Origin: Octopus vulgaris
Taxonomy: Eukaryota
Reading direction: 5' to 3'
Length of the DNA stretch: 64,000 nt
Assembly (NCBI GenBank): GCA_951406725.2
Contig: OX597818.1
Coordinates: forward strand, 75,020,001 to 75,084,000
Part shown: positions 28,772 through 42,509 of the stretch, in pieces
Numbering within the stretch: the stretch's first letter is position 1
How the letters are laid out: each line of letters begins with the position of its first letter
The notes under the pieces: generated by a model
The model's input: the letters and a program-made list of their open reading frames with translations, nothing else
Database searches by the model: none
Told to the model about the DNA's origin: nothing
Made by a program: the position numbers and the translations under genes

Positions 28772-29180
28772 ACTCTTTTACTCTTTTATTTGTTTCAGTC
28801 ATTTGGCTGCGGCCATGCTGGAGCACCGCATTTAGTCGAGTAAATCGACCCCAGGATTTATTATTTCGAAGCCTACTACTTATTCTATCTGTCTCTTTTG
28901 CCGAACCGCTAATTTACGGGGAAGTAAACACACCAGCATCGTTTGTCGAGTGATGTTGGGGGGACAAACACAGACACACAAACACACATATATATAAATA
29001 TACATATACATATATACGACGGGCTTCTTTCAGTTTCCGTCTACCAAATCTACTCACAAGGCTTTGGTCGGCTCGAGGCTATAGTAGAAGACACTTGCCC
29101 AAGGTGCCAAGCAGTGGGACTGAACCCGGAACCATGTGTATTGTAAGTAAGCTGCTTACCACACAGCCACTGCTGCGCCT
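28772..29180 (-). mobile_element. SINE family B, full length
   Basis: Reverse complement of family B with intact tRNA-like head. Confidence 0.92.
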
Positions 29181-30031
29181 ATGTGGATATATAACGTGTA
29201 TGTATGTATGTATGTATGTATGTATGTATGTATGTATGTATGTACGTACGTACGTATGTATGTATGTATGTATGTATGTATGTATGTATGTTTGTCTAGA
29301 TATGTATTTGTGCGGAGGTGTCGATGTAGATACCTTTTTACTTGAAACATTTTTCTGCCTGTCTATTCGTGTATTGCCTCCGTTCTCTTGCCCTTCTCTT
29401 CCTAATAACTAACTTATAGATACATATATTTGCTCCTTCGTGAGCTCATATTGTTAACACATCTCTTCCTCCATCATCAATACGTTTTGTATTTCTTTTC
29501 GCGTCCTAATTTTACTTTCCTCGTGTCTTCTTTCACTCGTTTTTTTATTTACTTTTCTATCTTCTTCTCCGCCTTCTTTTTGTCATTAGTTTTTAACCTT
29601 AATTCTCTTTCACGATTATCTTTTCTTCTCTCTTTTCTTTTCCTTTTATTTAATTATTTTTGGCGTATATTTTTTATTTCTTTGTTTACTTATTTCATCT
29701 AATCTACAACGTTTTAACTTTTACTTCTTAATTTTAATTCTAATATTCAGTTCTTTCACACTTCTTTTATATTCCTTTTACACTTCTATTATAGTCATTT
29801 TACATATTTGCAATTGCCTTCTGAACAAAGTCTATTTTATTTATATTTTTCTCACTTTTACGTAATGTTTTATCGATTTAATTATTGTTGATATTTTTAT
29901 TCCCCAACTAAAGTTTACTCTATTGCCAGCCCGCCTTAAACTGTTATATATTTTTTTAAAAATCAATTACCTAGTCAAGTTGAAATGCTTATTCGTGTGA
30001 ACTCTAAGACTATTTTATATTATTACTATAT

Positions 30032-30480
30032 AAGGTGGTGAGTTGGTACAATACTTCGCATGCCAGGCAAGATGCTTAACATTTCGTCCGTCGTTACATT
30101 CTGGGTTCAAATGCCGCCGAGGTCGATTTTGCCTTTCTTCCTTTCGGGCTCGATAAAATAAGTACCAGTTGAACAATGAAGTCGATCTAATCGACTTACC
30201 CACTACACCGAAATTGCTGGCCTTGTGCCAAAATTTGAAATCTATATTATATTATTATATAAGGAAGCGAGCTGGTAGAAACGTTAGCATGCCAGGCAAA
30301 ATGCTTAGCGGCATTTCTTCGGTCTTTACCCTCTGAGTTCAAATTTCACCGAGGTCGACTTTACCTTTCATTGTTTCGGGTCGATAAAATAAGTAATAGC
30401 TGAGGACAGGGGTCGATGTAATCAACAAAACTCCTGCACCCGAAACTGCTGGTCTTGTGTAAAAATTTCAAACCCATTAT
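30032..30480 (+). mobile_element. Two tandem SINE family A copies
   Basis: ~30032-30245 and ~30262-30480, each with A/B boxes and ATT tail. Confidence 0.88.
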
Positions 30481-30665
30481 TATAGCATTATATTATATAA
30501 ACTTACATCAGTATTATCGCAGCTGTTTGACGAACAGTCACGTGAACCCTGCATAACAGTTTCTGAAGATTTTTTTCGATTTAAAAAAATGCAGATATAG
30601 ATAGATACATGCAAACAGCAAAGATAGAACTCAATATATGAGTATATGTATATTTTTTTTTATAT

Positions 30666-30721
30666 TTAGCAGAAGCAGCAGAGTGACTCAAGGCCAAGAG
30701 TCACTCTATATCTTCTGCTAA
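30666..30721. repeat. Compact hairpin (two 10-bp stems)
   Basis: ttagcagaag-cagc-agagtgactc-aaggccaa-gagtcactct-atat-cttctgctaa. Confidence 0.85.
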
Positions 30722-31546
30722 AATATCAATAGTCATACATAGCTGCAGGTATGTATATGTATTTGTATATACTCAAAAGTATTCATAAATGTCTATCCTT
30801 TTGTTATAATAATCTTCTTAATAATCCTCTGAATAACCCTAAACTTTAACTGCATACAATATAGCAACAGTGTTTAAAATATTTAACAATAGTACTACAT
30901 GATAAGACTTCCCCTGTGGGCGACTCCCTTAATTGTCAGCTAACATCTTGTTTTAAGCTTTCCTTTATCAAGCCTCATGATGTTGCTTCTAATAAATCTT
31001 GATTTTTATGACTATACCAACTATGGTGTCTGTCTGCTCCCTCAGCCCTACCCCTACCAGATACTGCCGTCTGTTCTCTCAGGCTTAGATATACAAGGGT
31101 TTTGATAAACTAGTCTATAAATTAAAACAGACCCAATCAGTGACAGGCAGACTCTGTAACAATGTATATCTTCTTGAAAAGCTTACTAACTTCTATGCTG
31201 GAGTAAGAACAGCATGTTCTTTATCTATCTCTTTAACTTCTTGAAAATTTTAGGTATAATTATACTAATGTGTCCATCTGTTCTAATTTAATTAAATTCT
31301 ATGTCTTTGTGCAGCTAAAGATTGCTCTGCATTTCAAATTGATGTAATGATTGCATTGTTCAATTAAATGCAGTTGCATGAAACGATCGTACTGCATTAC
31401 CTTTGGATATCCTTGTTACTTATTTTGATTTTAATCATCTTACTTTGAAATTGTATGGATAATACCGTACTAAATTCTGGTGCCTCAACTTAAGTACCAT
31501 ATTCGTCTGAATCTACATTTTTGTTGAACTCATCTACCATACAAAA

Positions 31547-31617
<71 letters not shown>

Positions 31618-31619
31618 CA

Positions 31620-31665
<46 letters not shown>

Positions 31666-32152
31666 CTTATATACATATATACACATTCATACATACATGC
31701 ATACACGCATAATATATACATATATACATACATAAATGCATGCATGCATTCATACATATACACTCATATACCCTCATACATTCATATATGGTCTTTCGTC
31801 CAAAGAGAAACCGATGCTTTAAAACAGCGTTCCATCTCTCGGTCTGATCTCGATTCCGGTGCTGCTGTACACAGGTTATGTTGATCTGCAATCTAATAAT
31901 AGCCACGTCAGTTCGTCACCAATATCGATCTACACTGATCGAGTGAACAACGTATGTTAGGTGCTTAACGAGATGAGTTATAAGTCGAACAATAGATTTT
32001 GAAATGCAACGAGTCTATGAGAAATCGTGTATGGTGTGGGGGGGCGGAGCTCTTCTAGTGTTGCAACCGGCCTATATGAGGGCTTGATTGAGCCCTACGA
32101 CATGTCACGTTTGGTACCACTGATTCAAATTGGGAAAATGCTCCACTGACTC

Positions 32153-32300
32153 AAGAAGAAGAAGAAGAAGAAGTAGAAGAAGTAGAAGAAGAAGAAGAAG
32201 AAGAAGAAGAAGAAGAAGAAGAAGAAGAAGAAGAAGAAGAAGAAGAAGAAGAAGAAGAAGAAGAAGAAGAAGAAGAAGAAGAAGAAGAAGAAGAAGAAGA
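32153..32300. repeat. (GAA)n microsatellite
   Basis: Direct observation. Confidence 0.97.
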
Positions 32301-33476
32301 TAATGCGCTCTGTTCAAACGTTTGAACAGAAGAAAAGTTTATTTCTTCTTATAGATAAACAAACCTTTTTACGAATCTAAACAGAAGACAGTGTTAATGA
32401 GAAGAAATCTTTGGAGAGCGAATGGCTCGGATCATCGATCGGAACAATTTAGCTGACAGCTGTCATGATACATATATAGCAAATGGAATCGCTAAATCCT
32501 TTGCAGATCTTGGTTTAAATCATTGACAATTTATTATTACTTAGTAAACTTCAATAAAAGTAAGACTGTCAAGAAAATATGGCTGACATAAATTCTTTAT
32601 AAATAATTGTTTATTCATTCCTACGAAGTTTCATCTTCGAAATCACACGCCGTAATTTTTACAATCCGGATTGAAGTAAATATAAAAAGGAAAACGATAT
32701 GATATAATAATCAATAAAGCAGGATAATTACTTTTCTATCTGATACCTTCAATAAGTCTCCATTGAGTATTTAGAATAGAAACGGAGAAGCGGAGGTTAA
32801 TGGAAATCTTAAATTCTAAGAATCGGCAGCTAGGTTCAAAATGGAGTTAGTTGTGTGTCTCTCTCAGTGAACATTGCTTTGAAATGAAAAGCAGTATTGG
32901 CTGACTGGAAATTAAATGAATTAATGAAATCGCAGGGTAGGGTCATTGTAGTTAAATGAAGGGCTACTAATGTGCAGAGGTTAATGGAATTCAAATAACC
33001 CAATAGTAGACCGCTCTATGAGAAACGGTGCTGTATATCTATCGGAGAACAGTGCTTTAAAATTCAAATGAATTGATAGCCAGGAATGAAATGAATAACT
33101 TGAAGGATCACTGCAATAAATGAGAACGATTTGGATTTTGTATAGCGGATTTTCAAGCAAGGACATAAAATGAGTCTTTAACTCCATATAGAATATTTTC
33201 CACGTATATGAATATTTTTTTCATCTTTATTATAACATTATATATTGTAAAGAGTTCAACGCATCAAAAGAAAGTGATCGCTGTTCGGTTAGAAATATAA
33301 AGCTGTCATTTATCAAATATTGATGTATACATATAAAGCTTTCCCTTACTATTACTACTATTGCTGCTGTTGCTGCTGCCGTTGCCACCGCTGCTGCTGC
33401 TACCACTACAGCTGCTACTGTTACTGCAACTACTGCTACCAAATCTCATAATAATTGTTTCTAATCTGGACACAGA

Positions 33477-33670
33477 AGGCGGTGCGGTTGCGGAATTGTT
33501 AAAACGTTGGACAAAGTGATTAGCCATATTTCTTCCGACTCTTTGCGGAATTCAAATCCCGCCGAGGTCAACTTTGTGACTCATCCTTAGGGATCGATAA
33601 AATAACGTACCAGTTAAGCACTTGGGTCGATATAATCGACTTTCCCTTCAAAATTGCTGCCTTTGGACCT
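33477..33670 (+). mobile_element. SINE family A
   Basis: aattcaaatcccgccgaggtcaactttg..gggtcgatataatcgact. Confidence 0.8.
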
Positions 33671-33789
33671 TGCAACGATCCGGCATCCCGTTCAGTGAAA
33701 ATATTGTGGTCTTGTTCGCTCATACGCCATGGAAACTCTTTGACTAAACTTGTGACGTGTGGACCTCAAGACAAAAAAGTAGACACAAA

Positions 33790-33920
33790 CCAAGAGTACT
33801 TAATGGCCAGGAACAGATGAACGGCAAAATTGACAACAGCAGTATTTGAACTCAGAACTTAAAGAGTCAAGACAAATCGCACCAAATATTACTTTCGGAT
33901 GATATCACGGTTCTACCAAT
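33790..33920 (-). mobile_element. SINE family A, old inverted fragment
   Basis: atttgaactcagaac is the reverse complement of the B-box region. Confidence 0.55.
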
Positions 33921-34749
33921 TCATTGTTCTTACTATAGTATTATTAACAATGAGTTTTTTCTATTGAGCTAGTGATCATAATTCTTCTATGGTAAGACTA
34001 AATTTAGTGAGAGTTTACAGAGTAATCCAGGTAAACAAAACATAACACACGAAAAACAGACTCCAAACATAGAAAAAAGCGATAAACTCCTTTAAAAAGT
34101 CAGCCACATTCATCTAGATACATCAATGTGCAGGCCGTTCAAAAAACATATCTCAACCCGAGGATGGTCACCCGATACGACCACGGATCACGAAAGCGAC
34201 TGCAAGTCTTGTCCAGGTGCCGTCACCCATGTCGTCTTCTATATTCTAGGCTGTAGCCTTCAATAAAGGTTTGGGACAGTTGGGTCGTTATTAGGATGCC
34301 TCTTCACCCCAGGCACGGCAGTCGAGAATGTTTAAATCACAAGCCTTTTAAATCTAAGAGGACATATGCTGTACGTCACATCGAGTGGACAATGCGACAG
34401 TAACCAGAGTCACACTTGAATATACATGACCTCACTGGACGAACTGCTCGATTCAGGTTTCACCCACCATGGCCAGTACCCGAAAGATTTACAGGAAGAA
34501 ATAAGGCACCATGGCATTGTGTGCGATACTCACAACGCCCAAAACTGCCAAAGGCATCGGGAAATGTTATGCGTATAACCATGATTATTAACTCCATGGA
34601 GTCCGCACAGGGCCACTCATCTCTCCTGCTGTTTACTTATTGGTCTACGTCAAGATAATGTCTCCATGAAAGAGGATTCAGAAAATAGTAAGTAGGTTTC
34701 TCGGACTACTTAAGTTTATTCAGCCACTGCTTCAATCAGATCACAGAGT

Positions 34750-35830
34750 TCTTTTGAGTTTTACTGATTATAAACAGCATTCTCCTTGCCTCGTAGAATT
34801 TTTAACCTTACCTCGTATATCACACATGTGGCAATGTACTCTGCCACATTGAGATGCCGAGTACTTTGTCATTGATATTATACTTGATCTACTGGTGAAT
34901 TACGGTCATCCTGACGACGTGTGTCCACTGCGGTTTTTTCTCTTATTTACGGTAACACGTTCTACCAGAGGCTGATAGCTTTTTTCCAGGCCAAGAATTA
35001 AATTGAGTGGTAATATAAACTATAATCGAATTCCAGTCATACGTTTCCACATTCACGTTATTAGCTGTATAATCATCCCTGTCAGAAAGTTGTCGATGTA
35101 ATCTATATTTAGGTTCATAAGTTAAAGCGTTCTAGAACTTACTGGAGCATTGGGAGAGGAAATCCAAAATTCGGCTCGATTTTGAGGGCAGTAGGTGAGC
35201 GATGCACATGATTAAGGGGATGATGAGCAATATCTTTGCGAAATGATTAGATGCCTTCTAAATAACTGTTCATGCAGCCGGTGCAGGTTCGACATATGGT
35301 ATCTAACGTGAGAGTGAATAATGCATAGTTGGGGAATGTTAGTGAAGAATGAAAAGTAGTATCATCTGTGAAAGAGAGGTTGCTGTTGGCTGTAGCGTCA
35401 AATAAGTCAATGATGTAAAGAAAAAAAAAGGAGCGCGATAGACAAAAGTATTCCCTAGTGTACGTCAGTGTTGAGAGAATGACCTAACAGAAATAGCTTC
35501 GTCAACACAAATGGTCAGTAGTCCAGTCTGAGAGGAAGAGATGTCCCACCTTTCACGGATGGATCTCATGCTTTTGTATGATATGTTGATTTTGTGATTA
35601 ATCAAGCCCTTCCGAGAGTCGTCTCACTGTCTACTCTTTGCTTAGCAGAGCAGGAAGTTTTCCTTTTATAGTGGACATGACTGAAAGAACTACCTTTCAT
35701 CACATCCTCAATTGTTTTATTCATGAGGAAAGGGAGGCTGGAGAAGCCAGGTATATCTATACAGTAAATTTCAATAAGGATAGAGATAATTGTCTGCTTG
35801 AATGGACCGACTCTCAGCATGGAGAACGTA
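34750..35830 (-). mobile_element. CR1/L2-group LINE ORF2 relic
   Basis: ICVDEAIS..NTDVH*GILL (GVPQGS region) then FLYIIDLFDATANSNLSFTDDTT (FxxYINDL..YADDT). Confidence 0.65.
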
Positions 35831-36039
35831 GATGACATAGGACATTTGCCATTAAAAAAGAATGTATCCTTGAATGTATTGATTCATTGATAACCTCAAA
35901 GTTGCTACCCACCTTCAGATAATACATTTTATATATTTTGTATAGATTTACCTCCCATTCCTGCTTAATTTTGACAATTGTCTACCTTTTGAAACCTCTT
36001 CTCTTCAGTTCTAGTGGAAAATAAAAGGAATTATCAATG

Positions 36040-36090
<51 letters not shown>

Positions 36091-36092
36091 GA

Positions 36093-36488
36093 AAGGCGGC
36101 GACCTAGCAGTAATGTTAGCACGCCGGGCGAAATGCGTATCCGTATTTCGTCTGCAGTTACGTTCTGAGTTCAAATTCCGCCGAGGTCGACTTTGCCTTT
36201 CATCCTTTCGGGCTCGATTAAATAAGTACCAGTTACGCACTGGGGTCGATATAATCGACTTAATCCGTTTGTCTGTCCTTGTTTGTTCTCTCTGTGTTTA
36301 GCCCCTTGTAGGTAGTAAAGAAATATGTATTTCGTCTGCTGCTACGTTCTGAGTTCAAATTCCTCCGAGGTCGACTTTGCTTTACAACCTTTCGGAGTTC
36401 ATAAATTAATTACCAGTGAGCACTGGGATCGATGTAATCGACTATTCCTCTTCCCCAAAATGGCTTCCCTTGTGACAAAATTTGAAAC

Positions 36489-36490
<2 letters not shown>
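36093..36490 (+). mobile_element. Dimeric SINE family A embedded in (TTA)n
   Basis: Full unit 36093-36325 plus head-less second unit from gtatttcgtctg; long TTA tracts on both sides. Confidence 0.9.
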
Positions 36491-36560
<70 letters not shown>

Positions 36561-36849
36561 CATTATTACTTTCATTAGTTACAGCAGCAGCGATAGTAAC
36601 ACCTTAGCATTTTTTGCGCGCCGCTCAGAACATGGCCTACAGGCCAGCTTACGCAACATTCACGATGTTAACAAGTTAATTTCCTGCACGCTCATTTTCA
36701 TCTAGAGTTGGGAGTCGTAGATTAATAAAAGAGTGAAAAGAAGAGAAAGACAGACAGTGGACAGGAGTTGGTTTTTTATATTCTCTCCGAAGTCATTGCC
36801 AAAGTTATGGTGCTAAGCATCTCAAGTACACATATACTCAAAGCTTGAG

Positions 36850-36864
36850 ATATGCATACATACA

Positions 36865-36944
<80 letters not shown>

Positions 36945-37004
36945 TTCATATATATACATATATATATACATATATATATACATATATATATATACATATA
37001 TATG

Positions 37005-37051
<47 letters not shown>

Positions 37052-37505
37052 GCATATATATGTATATATATATACCCTAGGCTCAAATAAGCTATGAACA
37101 TTGAATTTACTTTATTAACTGCATTGTTCTATTACTTTGTCTACTCCAGTTATGTCAGGGTAGATTATTTTAGTACTATAATTAATTTATATTGAACTAA
37201 CAAAAGAGAACGAGAGAGAAACAACGTAAGAAAAAGTGAATTACGAGAGGCCATGAGAAAAATGAATTGTAATCTCTAACATAATTTTCAATAAACTGTA
37301 AAGAAAGGAAATTGAATTGGTGCTACAATTTCTTAGACAGAGAATTGTAGGAGAGGGGAAAAGAAAGAGTGGGTGACTTCAGAAAGAAGACAATGTAAGT
37401 AAAGAGAATAGTGCTATGAATGGTAAGAGAAAAAAGTAGAGAGAGAGAGAGGAACGTGAGATAAAACGAAAGCGTATGGAAATAAAGATTGAGAAGAAAC
37501 ATTGA

Positions 37506-37591
<86 letters not shown>

Positions 37592-38069
37592 GTATTTATA
37601 TTTATATGTATGTATGCATGTATGTATGCATACCTAAATACATATACATAGATTGACAATATACATATCGTACGTATACGTATGTATATGTATATGTGAG
37701 TATGAGTGTGTCTGTGAGTATATATATGTATATGCATATATATATATATATATATATATGTATATTTATATATATACATACACATATGTACAGAGATATA
37801 AACATATACGTATTCATACATATACACACACACACACATATATATATATATATGTATGTATGCGTATGTATATATATATATGTGTATATATATATATATG
37901 TATATATTACATATATATATACAGATATAGATATATAGATAGATATGTATATATGTCTATATATGTACGTATAAGTATGTATATGTATGTATGTGTATAT
38001 ATATATATGTTTGTGTGTATATATATGTGTGTTTCTGTGTATGTATATACATAGATAGATAGATATATG

Positions 38070-38132
<63 letters not shown>

Positions 38133-38165
38133 ATATATCTATGTATGTATGTATGTATGTATGCA
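36850..38165. repeat. Microsatellite field (TA)n/(TATG)n
   Basis: Direct observation; unique island at ~37080-37500. Confidence 0.85.
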
Positions 38166-38814
38166 TTGCTCGTGGCATTTTATTCGGTTTATTCAGCAAA
38201 GTTCATGTAGATTGTTTCATACTTTTGTCATTTTGTTTTGGAAATTGATAAGAAGGAGGAAATATTTAAACGATATGTTGTGAGTAAGAAATGTTCAGAA
38301 AAAGAAAACGAGTGTGAAATATAATAAAATAGATGTCTGTAGAAAATGAGTGATGTTGAGTAAATAGAACTCTGCCAAAAGATATATAATATATTGGCTG
38401 ACGAAGTGAGCTTTTGGAGGAGACGAGAGCTAAGTGATTGACAAAAAGGGAGATAAACGGTGAGATAGAAATAAAATTAGATATTAGAGAGAAAGTGAGA
38501 TATCTCTACAGGACGTTAGATTTTAATAAACTGCCGGCGAAATCTAAGTAAACGCCATCTTGAGGCGGTAAAAGAAAATGTAGTTGGACTTCCGACATCA
38601 TACTGACATGTTGTAATTATTTGACACGGAGTTCTGATATATATTAGGGAAATAATATAGCGAAATACCACGCTACAATTTTATTTTAGTCTGTTTCCTG
38701 CTCTCTTTCTCTCTCTTTCTCTCTCTCTTTGTCTTTCCCTCTCTCTCATTCTTCATTTTAATCATACGTATGAACCATACACACATGTAAATGTATATAT
38801 ATATATATGTGTGT

Positions 38815-38851
<37 letters not shown>

Positions 38852-39013
38852 TATACATACATGTATAGGTACACACACATATACACTTACATATATGCAT
38901 ATAAACATGTATACATGTATATATTTAGGTATATACATGTATACATATATATATACAAACACACAAAAGAAACACACAAAAGCCGTTCGATTCACTTCAA
39001 AATTTAAGTTTAA

Positions 39014-39064
39014 TTTGTCAAAATATTTTCGTCGCTATAAGACCGCGACCTGTTCACTGACAAA
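39014..39064 (-). ncRNA. Minimal type-I hammerhead ribozyme, G3-C8 core variant
   Basis: Minus strand: tttgtca-GTGAACA-g-gtcgc ggtcttata gcgac-GAAA-atat-TT-tgacaaa. Confidence 0.7.
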
Positions 39065-39471
39065 AATCCGTACTGCATCTGAGAAAGTAACAGTTAGTTC
39101 GTTATATATATGTACGTATGTATGTGTGTTTGTATGTATACACGCATGTATGCATGCATGTATGTATGTACGTACGTACGCCTGTGTGTATGTACGTATG
39201 TATGTATACATACATACATACATACATACACATACATACATACATACATACACACATACATAATACATACACACAGGCGTACGTACGTACATACATACAT
39301 GTGTATGTATGTATGTATGTATGTATACATACATACGTACATACACACAGGCGTACGTACGTACATACATACATGCATGCATGCATACATGCGTGTATAC
39401 ATACAAACACACATACACACGTACATATATATAACGAACTAACTGTTACTTTCTCAGATGCAGCACGGATT

Positions 39472-39522
39472 TTTGTCAGTGAACAGGTCGCGGTCTCATA
39501 GCGACGAAAATATTTTGACAAA
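39472..39522 (+). ncRNA. Minimal type-I hammerhead ribozyme, G3-C8 core variant
   Basis: tttgtca-GTGAACA-g-gtcgc ggtctcata gcgac-GAAA-atat-TT-tgacaaa; 7-bp stem I, 5-bp stem II, palindromic helix III AATATT. Confidence 0.7.
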
Positions 39523-39608
39523 TTAAACTTAAATGTTGAAGTGAATCGAACAGCTTTTGTGTGTCTCTTAAATGGCTTACAAACACCTTCCACGCTGCAA
39601 TTGCTATA

Positions 39609-39690
<82 letters not shown>

Positions 39691-39707
39691 TTTATATATA
39701 CATATAT

Positions 39708-39852
39708 ATACGACGTGCTTCTTTCAGTTTCCGTCTACCAGGTTTTTATCGACCCGAGGCTATAGTAGAAGAGACTTGCTCAGGCTGCCACACAGTGGGA
39801 ATGAACCCAAAACCATGTGGTTGGGAAGCAAGCCTCTTACCACGAGGCCACG
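39708..39852 (-). mobile_element. SINE family B, 5' part
   Basis: ctttcagtttccgtctacca..gaggctatagtagaaga..aaccatgtggttgggaagcaag. Confidence 0.85.
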
Positions 39853-40962
39853 CTATTATTATTATTATTATTTTTAATATTAATATTTTACTCTTATTAT
39901 GAAGGAATTTGAAATAAAAGCTATGGGCTGAATACCTACGGTATTTTGCTACAGTTATATATTTATATATGTATATTGTGTTTTTAACACACAGATTGCT
40001 ATTTACTTCAATTGTGATATAAATGTGCTATGGTGGGACCGGAATGTGAAAGAATAAACCCAACATTTTCTCTGCATGCCGTAAAAGGCGACCAAATGAG
40101 GTTGAGTCCACCTATACTGGGATATATATTCGCCTAGCTTACATATATATAATGCATTTTTAACAGAACATTTATGAAGCGATTTTCTCTCACGCTAAAA
40201 CCGCAGAAACATACCTATCAGTGGTGTATAAAATATATAAGTACGGTACACGGATGACCATAGAAATTCGAAGTTGAAGGCACATGTCATATACTAAGGT
40301 ATTTACACAAATATTTCGTTTAACTGAATGCGACATCATACTCGATAGGGCAATGAATCTGAATATGCCTAAAATGTACATGTGGTTGACATGTATAATA
40401 TATGAAACGCTAGTCATTAGTTTATAACTAATTTCATTTAAGTTTATCAAAGCTTAACAAAATCGCGTCAAATGGCCTCCAGTGAATAACATTTCCCGTC
40501 AATTTTGCAGACCATGAAATTAATGCATACTACTTTAGTAGACTATATATTTTGTTGTTCTTTTTTTACCCCGTTTCTAATTCAATTATATATACGGCGA
40601 AATTTCAAAGAAACTACTCGCTTCAGCACGCGTATTGATGTGATCAACCGCTAAGTGAGTCTGTCTACAGTAAATTGATTTGTAAATTTCACTTGTAACA
40701 ACATCACTGAAGAGAACAATGTCATACAATTAACTTCAGCAATATTATATTAACCACTGCTAATTATTTTCGTCGAATCAATATTATATAGATATAATGC
40801 GTGGGAGAACTGAGCACACTCAAATGCATACACCTGTGTGCGCACCCATATATGCTCAAATGCACAAATACACAACACACACACACACACACATTACAGT
40901 CGTACACTGTAATTACAATTCAAATCGATATGGGCCTATATACACAAAAATTTCTCAGTATA

Positions 40963-42231
40963 CTGGGTGCGGTGAATAAACTGTCATCTAAATTATTCAG
41001 AAATGAAAATAACAGACATCTCATTGTAACAGATATATTTACCAAAATTACATAAAAGTATCTTGAAATACTAAAGAACAAATTTATTCAATAAAATCTT
41101 CATTGGCTTCTACCACGTCCTCTAGACGACTTCGAAGTCTCCTGCAAGTCTTCTGAACGGTCTCCTTGTTTATGTTGGTAAATGCTGCTATAATCCTTGC
41201 CATCCGTTCAACTTTGGTGTGAAAAGGAATTTTGTTGGTCTCTCGCCCAACTGCGCCCCAAACATAAAAATGAAGGGTTTTGCAGTATGTGGCCAGATTT
41301 TAGGCGTGATGTGGTGACCGAAATTCTCTGGCAGTCATGGCTGGTTTCTCCTGCTTGTCTGGCAGATTTCTGTTGCCAGACATAGGGTCTTCCAGCAACC
41401 ACTCTTTTGACTCAAGGCAGCACTACCTCATCCAGGCACTTGATATAGGCTTCCACGTTGAATCTGATGCCGTGTGGAAAGTGAATGGAAGCACACCATC
41501 GCCATTATTAGTGATGATTCCAAGAACCATGATGTTGACTGGATGTTTGATTTTCAACACTGTTGGTACATGCTTTGGAGACATGGCAAGCCAACGGTTG
41601 TTCTGTGTATTCACTATCTGATTCTGCCCAAAGTTTTTTCTCGTCTGAGAAAAAACAAGGCATTTTCTGTTGGAGGGGATGTTTGAGGTTGTTCAAAAGC
41701 TTTGTAGCGCGGCATTTCCTCTTATCCTTCATGGCTTGGGATAAAAATTGGCTCTTTCTCATCTTTTACCAGGAATACCGATTACCTTCATGTACTACCT
41801 GTCTGATAAGAAACTCAAGACATTCTCATGTCCCTGGCGATGGACCTAATTGACTTGGAGGGATCGTTGTCAATCATGGCCAGGATCTCACCAATAAATT
41901 CAGGAGTTCTTTTCCTATCAGAACGTTCAGAATGAGTTTTCTGAGCTGCCGTACCAGTATAATCACCACCAGACTCATCCAACTCTTTCCGAATCTTCTG
42001 TACTGTCCTATGTTTGACACCCAAACACTGTGTTCGTATTGGAGCTTCCGGCGTGAATGCCAAGCAGTTACCAAATTTCTAGCAGAGTTATTTGCGTCAC
42101 GGTGCTGTTGTTTTCACAGCCGGTGCCCAACTGACCCTACTATACTATGCTGTCGACAAAATCAAAAACAAATAATGCACATGCGCGAAATTAAAGATAT
42201 AAAATAGCAACAATTTACGCAACGCAACCTG
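40963..42231 (-). mobile_element. maT/DD37D-like Tc1/mariner transposon, full length, decayed
   Basis: MIDNDPSKSIRSIARDM, CFFSDEKK, NTQNNRWLA..KHPVNIMVLGIITNNGD, GRPYVWQQ; degenerate TIRs (ctgggtgcggtgaataaa / tttacgcaacgcaacctg) with flanking TA. Confidence 0.88.
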
Positions 42232-42297
42232 TATATATGTGTATTTATATGTAAGAACTAGATGATGAAAAGTTAGATAAAGAAGCATAATTTCAAA

Positions 42298-42435
<138 letters not shown>

Positions 42436-42509
42436 TGCATATCATATCAGTCTATTTATGTGTATACGAGACATGGTGTATACATGTATACATATATTAT
42501 GAATGTATA

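Larger units (their letters stand above)
38967..39569. repeat. ~600-bp foldback; arms of ~260 bp, each a putative PLE terminal-repeat segment plus microsatellite
   Basis: 38967-~39230 is the reverse complement of ~39300-39569 with only a few mismatches. Confidence 0.95.

Noticed and set aside
30790-31500. Possible RT relic (PQG.VLS-like, minus strand)
   Set aside because: Single short motif; surrounding frames unreadable
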